A DNA stretch of 64,000 nucleotides from Acidobacteriota bacterium. GTDB lineage: Bacteria > Acidobacteriota > UBA6911 > RPQK01 > JADFOI01. Shown piece after piece: positions 18,417 through 26,666 of this stretch. Each line of letters begins with the position of its first letter. The stretch's first letter is position 1. The notes under the pieces are model-generated. The model saw only the letters and a program-made list of their open reading frames with translations. It was not told the origin of the DNA and did not search any database. Both the position numbers and the translations under genes were made by a program. The stretch spans positions 1,760,001-1,824,000 of the forward strand of contig OY760074.1 in the NCBI GenBank assembly GCA_963663035.1, in the 5' to 3' direction.

Positions 18417-19718
18417 ATGCGCCGTGTGAATGCGGAATCACGCCAGGTGAGGTTCCTTGCGAGTCTATTTTCGATTCCTCTCTTCTTGGTGACGGGTTGT
18501 TCAACGCCGGAGACGGTCGAGGCACCGCAGGCGACAGCCGTGACGGTGTTCGAGGGGGCGCTGCTCATTGTCGGGGACGGCAGCGAGCCCATCGAGGATT
18601 CCGCATTCATCGTTGAGAACGATCGGTTCACCGCGGTCGGCCGAAGAGAGCAGCTCGACGTTCCGGCGGGCGCAACGCGTGTGGATCTGACCGGCAAGAC
18701 TGTCATGCCGGCGATCATCGACACCCACAAGCATCTGGCGGGGACTCGAGAGGTAATGGTTGATCAGTTACAGCATCTGGCCTACTACGGGGTCGGCGTG
18801 GTGATGAGCCTCGGCCATGATGTCGGCGATCTAGCGTTCCAGGTGCGGGAAGAAACGATTCCCAACGCCGCACGATCGCGCACCGCAGGACGTGGGATTA
18901 CGGCGCCGGAGCCGGGGCGCTCTGAGGAGTCGTACTGGATCACAAGCGAAGACGAGGCCCGGACGGCCGTCCAGGAGCTGGCCGAGAGGAGGGTCGACCT
19001 GGTCAAGATCTGGGTCGACGACCGAAATGGCCAGTACGAGAAGTTGAGCCCAGCCCTGTATGGCGCAATCATCGACGAGGCCCACATGCACAACCTCCGC
19101 GTCACGGCCCATATCTTTGCGCTCGAGGATGCCAAGGGGCTCCTCCGGGCGGGCGTCGACGCCTTCGCTCATGGAATCAGGGACAGGGACATCGACGAGG
19201 AGATCGTCGAGCTGTTCCAGGAGCGCCCGAACGTATTCCTCGTGCCGAACCTTCCCGATCAAGGAGTGGTGATGGACATGAGCTGGCTCGGCGAGACCGT
19301 CCCCGCCGAAGAGTTGCAGCAACTTCAGGAGGCGAGCACGGACCGGCCGGTCGTCCAGGAGGCGTTCGGAATCCAGGCCCGCAATCTGGCAAGGCTCCAT
19401 GCGGCAGGCGTTCGGATCGCCTTTGGCACGGACGGAAGCACCGCTTGGGGGCCGTCCATCGAGTTGGTGGACATGGTGGCGGCGGGGATGACGCCGGCTC
19501 AGGTCATCACGGCTGCCACCCACAACTCGGCCGAGCTGCTGCAACTCGCTGACGTCGGCATGGTGGAGGCGGGCAAGAGCGCGGACTTCATCGTACTGGA
19601 CGCCAATCCGCTCGACGACATCACGAATACGCGACGAATCGCCGCAGTCTATCTCCGTGGAACGGAAGTCGATCGCGCCGCCTTGAGTGCTCGGTGGACC
19701 GGCGAGACATCGCAGTAA
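18417..19718 (+). CDS. amidohydrolase-family lipoprotein
   Basis: Lipobox VTGC; DTHKH, VKIW, AFGTD, GKSADFIVLDANP. Confidence 0.88.
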   Translation: MRRVNAESRQVRFLASLFSIPLFLVTGCSTPETVEAPQATAVTVFEGALLIVGDGSEPIEDSAFIVENDRFTAVGRREQLDVPAGATRVDLTGKTVMPAIIDTHKHLAGTREVMVDQLQHLAYYGVGVVMSLGHDVGDLAFQVREETIPNAARSRTAGRGITAPEPGRSEESYWITSEDEARTAVQELAERRVDLVKIWVDDRNGQYEKLSPALYGAIIDEAHMHNLRVTAHIFALEDAKGLLRAGVDAFAHGIRDRDIDEEIVELFQERPNVFLVPNLPDQGVVMDMSWLGETVPAEELQQLQEASTDRPVVQEAFGIQARNLARLHAAGVRIAFGTDGSTAWGPSIELVDMVAAGMTPAQVITAATHNSAELLQLADVGMVEAGKSADFIVLDANPLDDITNTRRIAAVYLRGTEVDRAALSARWTGETSQ

Positions 19719-19773
19719 TTCGGGCGAGGTTGACTTTTCTTTCGTTGAGGCCGCGCTTGAAGTCCTCTACGGG

Positions 19774-19812
19774 TTTGAAGAACTCAAAGGCCTGATGCCT
19801 ACGGGGAACTGA
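19774..19812 (+). pseudogene. C-terminal relic of a kinase/TolB-repeat protein
   Basis: FEELKGLMPTGN* resembles the (W)FEELKRLVP terminus of kinase-PD40 proteins. Confidence 0.4.
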
Positions 19813-19851
19813 CCGCAAGATTAGGCTCCATATAGTGGCTAGAACAGCCCC

Positions 19852-19912
19852 ATCTATCTTTCGGTTGAGTATATAAGCCAGTTGATTTTGCCTTCTAATC
19901 CATTAAGCCTTA
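19852..19912 (+). repeat. duplicated kinase-gene leader, copy 1
   Basis: atctatctttcgg..agtatataa..tgccttctaa.ccattaagcctta; copy 2 at 21466-21526. Confidence 0.8.
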
Positions 19913-19958
19913 TCATCTAGAGTAACTTCCTTCTGTGCAAGTGGAGGAAGGGGACTTC

Positions 19959-20024
19959 ATGGTCGGCCAGACCATTTCGCAGTACAAAGTCCTAGAGAAA
20001 ATCAGCCAAGGCGGCATGGGAGAG
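19959..20024 (+). pseudogene. N-terminal relic of a Hanks-type Ser/Thr kinase
   Basis: RBS ggagg then MVGQTISQYKVLEKISQGGMGE (subdomain I), abruptly ended. Confidence 0.7.
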
Positions 20025-20105
20025 CCTGTTTTTTGTCTCCGCAACTCTTTTCCTGCGCCGCTGGGAGATGTATCGGCAGGACCCCGTAGCTTTTTTCGAT
20101 AAACG

Positions 20106-20597
20106 ATGGGTATGCCTTTCCTGAATAAGCACCAACAGACCACCACCCTCAGGGCCATTCGTTGGTTTCTCATGGCCATCCTTCTCATGGGGTTGCTGGG
20201 CACCGGCACCGAGTTGCTCTTGTTGGAGCACACTGAGGGCCTTTGGCAATGGGTGCCACTCTTCCTGATCGCTATCGGCGTGTTCGTGTTATGCTCGGGC
20301 GTCCTCAAGCCGGGACGCCGCAACATCAGAATACTTCAGGGAACCATGATCCTCTACGTGTTGAGTGGACTGGTCGGGTTCATCCTGCACTATCAGGGGA
20401 ATGCGGAGTTCGAATTGGAGATGTACCCTTCTCTGAAGGGGAGGGAGCTTTTTTGGGAGGCAATCCGGGGAGCAACGCCGACCCTTGCTCCGGGAACGAT
20501 GATTCAACTCGGATTACTGGGATTGGTCTACACTCACAGGCACCCACATTTGGGCTCCTCGAAGGGAGGACCATCGAACAACAAAGGAAAAACATGA
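20106..20597 (+). CDS. hypothetical 4-TM membrane protein
   Basis: Four hydrophobic segments; ELLLLEH, LHYQGNAEFELE, PTLAPG; ATGA overlap with next gene. Confidence 0.75.
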   Translation: MGMPFLNKHQQTTTLRAIRWFLMAILLMGLLGTGTELLLLEHTEGLWQWVPLFLIAIGVFVLCSGVLKPGRRNIRILQGTMILYVLSGLVGFILHYQGNAEFELEMYPSLKGRELFWEAIRGATPTLAPGTMIQLGLLGLVYTHRHPHLGSSKGGPSNNKGKT

Positions 20598-21292
20598 TGA
20601 ATTCAAAGAACATACTGATCAGCGGGATTATGATGTGGGTCCCTCTTATTGTCGGTCTGGCCGGCTGTGCTGGGTCTGGTACCGAAGAGGAAAGGGAGGA
20701 GCCTCAGAATCGGAGCCAGGTTGAAGAGCAGGGGGGAGGCGGCTCAGGCATGGTCAACCCTAACCGGGCGGGCCAGGCAGAGTTCCTGGCCTTACCCCAC
20801 TTGGATTCGGCGCTGGTGGAAGGGATCCTGGAACGACGCCCTTTTTTGAGCATGAAGGAGCTGAATGCGTTTCTCAGCGAGTCACTGGGTGAGGAGCAAC
20901 TGGCCGAGCTTTATGTTCAGTTGTTTGTTCCCATGAACCTGAATAGGGCTGCCGAGGAGGACTTCCTGCTTGTTCCGGGCGTGGGACCGCGTCTGGCCCA
21001 TGAGTTCGAAGAATACCGTCCCTACCAAGCCATGGAACAATTCAGACGGGAGATCGGCAAGTACGTAGATGAAGAGGAAGTGGCGCGGCTGGAGCAGTAC
21101 GTCTTTGTCCCCATCAACCTCAACACGGCCAGCGACGAGGAGATCCTCACTATTCCGGGCGTGGGTTCGAGACTGCTCCATGAGTTCAAGGAGTACCGAC
21201 CCTACGACAGTATCGAGCAGTTTCGGCGGGAGATCGGCAAGTACGTGAGTGAGGAAGAGGTCTCAAGGCTGGAAAGATACGTCACCCTCTAG
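20594..21292 (+). CDS. lipoprotein with repeated ComEA-like helix-hairpin-helix domains
   Basis: Lipobox LAGC; repeats NLN.A..E..L.(V/I)PGVG.RL.HEF.EYRPY..EQFRREIGKYV.EEEV.RLE.YV; start at MMNSK with RBS aagga. Confidence 0.85.
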   Translation: MMNSKNILISGIMMWVPLIVGLAGCAGSGTEEEREEPQNRSQVEEQGGGGSGMVNPNRAGQAEFLALPHLDSALVEGILERRPFLSMKELNAFLSESLGEEQLAELYVQLFVPMNLNRAAEEDFLLVPGVGPRLAHEFEEYRPYQAMEQFRREIGKYVDEEEVARLEQYVFVPINLNTASDEEILTIPGVGSRLLHEFKEYRPYDSIEQFRREIGKYVSEEEVSRLERYVTL

Positions 21293-21330
21293 ACGAGAAC
21301 ATCTAAATAGGAAGGAAGGCCCTTGCCTAA

Positions 21331-21436
21331 GGCTACCCAGATGTTTTCTGGGCGAATGTGGCCAGAGTTCGACCTCTTCCGCGACGACCCTCGCTTTCAA
21401 AAGGTACTACGGCAGATGATTTTGGACCCCGATTGA
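21331..21436 (+). pseudogene. C-terminal relic of a TPR-tailed kinase/cyclase protein
   Basis: GYPDVFWANV / WPEFDLFRDDPRFQKVLRQMILDPD* (frameshifted); typical FD.LR.DPRF terminus. Confidence 0.55.
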
Positions 21437-21465
21437 CGCCATTTTATGGCAGGTCAGTGCATCCA

Positions 21466-21592
21466 ATCTATCTTTCGGATTAGTATATAAAGCCGTGGCT
21501 TCTGCCTTCTAACCCATTAAGCCTTAACATTCAGGGAAGACTTCACGGCCTGGGGAGAGTCTCGTGGTGGACCAGACTATTTTGCACTACAA
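21466..21592 (+). repeat. duplicated kinase-gene leader, copy 2, followed by kinase start relic VVDQTILHYN
   Basis: Alignment with 19852-19912; gtggtggaccagactattttgcactacaa at 21564-21592. Confidence 0.7.
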
Positions 21593-21609
21593 CCAAAAGG
21601 AGAGCCGAT

Positions 21610-21815
21610 ATGAATAGAATGCGATTTGTTTTTGCCGCAATAATGCTGGCTATACTAGCCTCGCATGCGGTGTTTGCCCAAAACGCGGATCCCGCATGAG
21701 CTTCTTTCTCACAAGCGCAGGCCCCGGCAAAGGAGCCGATCTAGGAGGCTTTGCCGGAGCCGACCGGCACTGCCAGATGTTGGCCGCTGCCGTGGGGCAA
21801 GGCAACCGCACCTGA
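21610..21815 (+). pseudogene. truncated secreted endostatin-like/'lectin' protein
   Basis: Signal peptide MNRMRFVFAAIMLAILASHAVFAQ, frameshift, then MSFFLTSAGPGKGADLGGFAGADRHCQMLAAAVGQGNRT* ending in a REP. Confidence 0.7.
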
Positions 21816-21873
21816 GGTGCCTCCCACGCACGAACTACGACCGCACAGATTCGGCACCTGAGGTGCCTCCCAC
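21808..21873 (-). repeat. two REP units (first one partial)
   Basis: gcacctgaggtgcctcccac and gattcggcacctgaggtgcctcccac. Confidence 0.85.
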
Positions 21874-21874
21874 G

Positions 21875-23591
21875 TCACGAATTCACGGCTTCTCGGAAGG
21901 AATCGAGGGCTTCTTCCACACTGTCTCTGAAATCTCGGTGAATCTGATCATATTGTCCTTGAACGCGAGCAAAGAGATCTTGTACAGCAGAACCCGCTTC
22001 CTCGATTCCCTGGCTCTGCGCTTTTGCAAATCGAGCAAGGGTTTCCTTAAAGGCCTCCAGTTCCGCCTTCAGGTATTTTGCGACATTGTGAACGGCGATC
22101 TGCTGGTGGGTGATCTTCTCGAAATGATAGCCCATGATGGCGAGACGCACAGCCTCTGGGAACTTCTTGGGGTGATCCTGGAAAACCTTCACCAGGAACC
22201 GGAAATAGGCCGGACCCGGTCTGGAAAATAGTTGTCGTTTCATTGATTTCGCTATCGCCATGACTTCAGTTTTTCCAACTTTCCTGACACGATGCTCCTT
22301 ATGCTTCAGGCGTTTTAGCATAGTCAGACAACGCTCAAAGTAATTCTCGAGGGTGGGGATCATAAATGGTCGTCAGGACCCGCTTATATCCCTCTATCAG
22401 AGTCTCCCGGTCCATCTCAGTCTCATAGTTCAAGGATATACTGACATTGTTACCGTTTGACTCCTCAAGCAATCGGCCTTCCTTTTGCAAACGGTGGTAC
22501 AAACCGGTACCCTTCACGGCGGTTAACAGTCCGACCATGGCAATGGGTATGCCAGCTTCCTGGATGAATTGAATCTGAGCATCGAAGGCATCTTCGCTGT
22601 CACCATCCAACCCCAGGATAAAGCCTCCCATAACTCCCATGCCTTTTTCCTGAATCTTCCGTACCGCATTGATGAGATAACGCTCTTCTCCCTTCCTGGT
22701 GTTCTGCTTCTTTTTTGTTTTCAGCAAGGCCTCTGGATTGGGTGTTTCAATGCCCAGGAAGACGGTGCCAAAGCCGGCATCGATCATGGCATCCATTAAG
22801 GGCTCCAACCTGGCCAGGTTCACGCTTGCCTCTGTGAAGATGAAGAAAGGATATTCTCTCTCCTTTTGCCATCGGGCAACGTCTGACAGCAGAGCCAAGG
22901 CAGCGCGCTAATTTCCGATGAAGTTATCATCAACCAGGAAAAGATTGCCGCGCCAACCCAGCCGATAGAGAAGATCAAACTCCGCCAGGATCTGCTCATT
23001 TGTCTTGGTGCGAGCCACCCTGCCAAACAGTTTGGTGATGTCACCAAACTCACAATCGAAGGGACAGCCTCGAGAAAACTGAAGTGCCATCGATCCATAC
23101 TCATTCAAATCGATGAGATCATAGCGGGGCAGGGGCGATTTGCTCACAGCGGGCCTTTCTGGCGCTCTGTAAATCCTTTTGGCCGTGCCCTTTTCCAGAT
23201 CGTGCAAAAAGTCCGGTAGTGTCTCTTCAACTTCGTCCAAAACGAAGTGATCCACACCCTCAATCTCCTCGTGAAATGAGGTGGGATGCGGTCCACCGGC
23301 AATAATCGGAACTCCGGCCCGCTTGCCTCGCTCAATCACCTCGCGCAGAGAATCCCGTTGAACGATCATGGTGGACGTCAGGATCATGTCGGCCCAGTCC
23401 AGATCCTGGTCCATCAGTGGTCTGACATTCATGTCCACAACCTTGAGTTGATACTCACCCGGGAACATCGCGGCCACGGTCAACAGGCCCAGTGGCGGCA
23501 TGCTTGATTTTTTGCCGACAAAGTCCAACGCGAAGTTGTATCCCCAGTAGGAGACAGGAAACTCTGGATAAACCAAAACGGCGTTAGGCAA
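21875..23591 (-). pseudogene. B12-binding radical SAM protein (DUF4070/HpnP-like family), inactivated
   Basis: PPLGLLTVAA, RGCPFDCEFG (third Cys lost), in-frame TAG at 22908-22910, +1 frameshift near 22355. Confidence 0.88.
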
Positions 23592-23690
23592 GATCTATCT
23601 CTCCGTGCACCAGCAATCCGACATCTAACCTACAAAAAGGCCACCGCACTGGCTTCAAGACGTCAACGAGCGGAACTGAGCACAACTGTA

Positions 23691-23717
23691 GAAATGTGGG
23701 GGCTGTCCCCGCATTTC
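23691..23717. repeat. short palindrome gaaatgtggggg-ctg-tccccgcatttc
   Basis: Imperfect IR related to the ggggacag/ctgtcccc ends of the 47443-47512 hairpin. Confidence 0.5.
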
Positions 23718-23751
23718 CTAGACCAGAAGCGCCTATGTTAGGATCCACTCA

Positions 23752-24861
23752 GTGCTAGACACCGCGCTGAGGGATGTCAGGATTGCCAGCCGCCTTTTTC
23801 ACAAGAGAGGACTCCCGGTCAGCCTCATTTTTTTCGTCACCTCCCGCTGCAACCTTCTGTGCACTCACTGCTTCTATTGGAAGGAACTCAACCAGAAGAA
23901 GGACGAACTGACACTGGATGAAATTGAGAAGATTAGCCGCTCCCTACCCAACCTTCTGACCGTTTCCCTGACCGGAGGCGAACCCTACCTGAGAGCGGAT
24001 CTTCCCGACATCGCTCGAGCGTTCGAGCAAAACTCCCATGTCCGCAACATCCAGATTCCCTCCAACGGCTTTCTGGTGGACCGGATCATCCCTCGGGTCG
24101 AAGAGCTCATGCAAAAGGTGCGTACAGCACGTGTTTCGACGGGCGTTTCCCTGGACGGTCCGGAGGATGTTCACAATCGCATCCGCCAGGATCCCAGGAG
24201 TTTCAAGCGAGCCTTGCAAACACTGACGGAACTGAAGAAACTCAAACCTTCTTTCCCCAATCTGAGTGTGGGCGTTGCGCTGACCGTTTCCTCAGCCAAT
24301 CAGCACCGCCTGAATGAGTTTTACCGATTCATTGAAACGGACCTTCAACCTGACGCCGTGACGATTACACTGGTGCGCGGCAATCCCATAGATCCCTCTC
24401 TCAAGGAGGTGGACCCGGCTCTTTACCGCGAATTTGCCGGGCGCGTGATCGAGTACCGCAAGGCTCATGGTCTGAGTGATGGATGGATGGACCGGCTGGT
24501 CACGGCCAAAGAAGAGGCGACCTATCGTCTCATCGGTGAAGCTGCCAGCGCAACCAGCCGTATCTCCCCCTGCTATGGAGGAGAGCTGTTCGGAATTTTG
24601 GGCGAGACCGGAGAGGTTTACGTCTGCGAGCCACTGAACAAGAGCATGGGAAATGTTCGTGACTTTAACGGTGACTTAGCCAGACTGTGGCGGGGCCAGC
24701 TGGCCGAAGAGAGTCGACACTTTCAAAAAGAGCTGGGATGTCAATGCACCTACGAGTGTGCCATGAGCGTCAACACCCTCTTTCATCCCCGACGAGCCCT
24801 GGGCATCCTACGCGCTTCGCTTGGTAAAAACAGGATCACAGCTTGCGCCCCCGGGGATTAA
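23752..24861 (+). CDS. radical SAM protein with SPASM/twitch-like C-terminus
   Basis: CNLLCTHC, TGGEP, PCYGG..VYVCE..GNV..CQCTYEC. Confidence 0.9.
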   Translation: MLDTALRDVRIASRLFHKRGLPVSLIFFVTSRCNLLCTHCFYWKELNQKKDELTLDEIEKISRSLPNLLTVSLTGGEPYLRADLPDIARAFEQNSHVRNIQIPSNGFLVDRIIPRVEELMQKVRTARVSTGVSLDGPEDVHNRIRQDPRSFKRALQTLTELKKLKPSFPNLSVGVALTVSSANQHRLNEFYRFIETDLQPDAVTITLVRGNPIDPSLKEVDPALYREFAGRVIEYRKAHGLSDGWMDRLVTAKEEATYRLIGEAASATSRISPCYGGELFGILGETGEVYVCEPLNKSMGNVRDFNGDLARLWRGQLAEESRHFQKELGCQCTYECAMSVNTLFHPRRALGILRASLGKNRITACAPGD

Positions 24862-25591
24862 AAATCGAAAAGTGTAAGATTCCCAGCTTCTGAAGCCTGA
24901 ACTGAAGCGCCGTCATTAAAACCCCCAACCCATATCTCACGGACCGGGAGAAGTTGATTGTGGAAGCTTCCGGAAAGTAATGGGCTGAACAGCTGATCTC
25001 ACCAATCCGAAAACCAAAGAAGAGAGCCTGAACGATCATCTGATTGTCGAAGAGGAAATCGTCTGAGTTCTCCTCCAGTGGGAGGGTCTCCAAAAGTTCA
25101 CGCGAGAAAGCCCGGTAGCCAGTATGATATTCAGAAAGCTTGGCCAGAGTCAGAAGATTTTCTACCGCAGTCAGAAAGCGATTGGAAAGGTACTTGTACA
25201 TCGGCATTCCTCCTTTCAAGGCTTGACCACCCAAAATTCTGGAAGCCAGAACCATGTCATATTCACCACTCACCACCATGGAGGCCATGGCGGGGATCAG
25301 TTTAGGCGGATACTGATAGTCAGGATGAAGCATGATGAAAACATCGGCCTTCAGCTTGAGAGCCTCCCCATAACAGGTCTTTTGATTTCCCCCGTATCCA
25401 CGATGGGTGGGGTGGACGAAGGTCTTTACTTCGAGCCGCCTGGCGATGGAAACGGTCTCATCCTGACTCGAGTCGTCTACCAGGAGTATCTCATCAACCA
25501 GGTCCAGGGGGACCTCGCGATAGGTGCGTTCCAGAGTGGCAGCGGCGTTGTAAGCAGGTAAAACCACCGCGATTCTTTGACCTTGCAACAT
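24836..25591 (-). CDS. GT2 glycosyltransferase (polyprenol-phosphate sugar synthase-like)
   Basis: VVLPAYNA, LVDD, GYGGNQK, HPDYQY, TGYRAF; start MLQGQ overlaps upstream stop. Confidence 0.9.
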   Translation of the reverse strand: MLQGQRIAVVLPAYNAAATLERTYREVPLDLVDEILLVDDSSQDETVSIARRLEVKTFVHPTHRGYGGNQKTCYGEALKLKADVFIMLHPDYQYPPKLIPAMASMVVSGEYDMVLASRILGGQALKGGMPMYKYLSNRFLTAVENLLTLAKLSEYHTGYRAFSRELLETLPLEENSDDFLFDNQMIVQALFFGFRIGEISCSAHYFPEASTINFSRSVRYGLGVLMTALQFRLQKLGILHFSIFNPRGRKL

Positions 25592-26658
25592 CAGTGAGGA
25601 ATCCGAAAAGAGCCTACCAGAGCCAGTTCTGCCCAAAGCATCTCGAGGAAGAGAAAGAGCGCGGCCTTGAGAGCAAATCCCACTCCTCGCCGCCCTCTCA
25701 AGTAAAGCAGAAAAGGCAAGTTGCACAGATAGAAGATGACCAGCAGTGAACAGGCGATCTTGCCAAAGATGGGACCCACGAAGGTGAGAAGGGCAAAAAT
25801 CAGCACTGGGCCAGGCAAAGCTACTGACAAAAGCCTGCGGAAACGATGGGCCCGAAGGGCAAAGCGCTTCTGCTCTCCCTCCAACTTCATGGCGCGAAGA
25901 TCGCCAACGCGCCGCCAGTCTTCCCTCAGGATCGTCCTGAGCTGGTACCGCTTCAGGTGGACACCTTCAATTTTCCGATCGATCACGAATCGGAAGCCCT
26001 GGGAACCCAGCAGAATGCCCAGCCGAAAGTCTTCCGCCCATTTGAACTGGGGGTCAAAACCGCCAATTCCCTCCAGAATCTCCTTCTTCACACAGAAGAT
26101 GGGGGTGTGCAAATATGGGCTCAGGGTGTTGGTACTCTTATAAAGAAAGCAGATGGAAAGATTTCTGAAGTTGGTGAGAAAGTCATCCCATGGAATCGCT
26201 TCAGCATAGGACCCCAAAACACCTGCAATGTCGGATCGATGAGAGTAAAGATCAAGACTCTCCCGTATCCGCTGGAGGCTTTGCCTGGGCAGAACGACGT
26301 CCGAATCCAAGAAAAGAACATAAGGATTCTTTGCTCGCTTCAATCCCTCATTGCGGGCGGCGGCGGGGCCCGATCTCTGTTTCAAAGGCAGGTACTGAAG
26401 ACTAACATCCCCTTCTTTTCGACCCTGGGCAATAGCTCCAGCCACCTTTGCAGTGGAATCGGTGGAGGCATCGTCCACGATCAGGATCTCCACGTTTGTC
26501 ATGTCGTTTTTCAACAGCGCTTCCAGAGAAAGCTTTAACTCCTGGGCCGTGTTGTGCGATGGAATCACGACCGAAAGGGGAAAGGATTCCGCAAGAGTAC
26601 GCCTTGACTTTGATGGGCGTGCCCTCACCTCTCGACTGGTCCCTCCAAACGATTGCAT
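25591..26658 (-). CDS. GT2 glycosyltransferase with C-terminal TM helices
   Basis: SVVIPSHN, IVDDASTD, GPAAARN, FLDSD, AEDFRLG. Confidence 0.9.
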   Translation of the reverse strand: MQSFGGTSREVRARPSKSRRTLAESFPLSVVIPSHNTAQELKLSLEALLKNDMTNVEILIVDDASTDSTAKVAGAIAQGRKEGDVSLQYLPLKQRSGPAAARNEGLKRAKNPYVLFLDSDVVLPRQSLQRIRESLDLYSHRSDIAGVLGSYAEAIPWDDFLTNFRNLSICFLYKSTNTLSPYLHTPIFCVKKEILEGIGGFDPQFKWAEDFRLGILLGSQGFRFVIDRKIEGVHLKRYQLRTILREDWRRVGDLRAMKLEGEQKRFALRAHRFRRLLSVALPGPVLIFALLTFVGPIFGKIACSLLVIFYLCNLPFLLYLRGRRGVGFALKAALFLFLEMLWAELALVGSFRIPH

Positions 26659-26666
26659 GTGTGATG

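Noticed and set aside
20243-20593. Long N-terminal extension of the HhH protein in the ORF track
   Set aside because: Overlaps the membrane-protein gene; RBS and lipoprotein signal point to the start at 20594
21665-22231. 188-aa plus-strand ORF
   Set aside because: Runs through the lectin remnant, REPs and the antisense of the radical SAM pseudogene
22908-22910. In-frame TAG as pyrrolysine or recoded stop
   Set aside because: The same gene has a frameshift and a lost Fe-S Cys, and TAG ends many ordinary genes in this window
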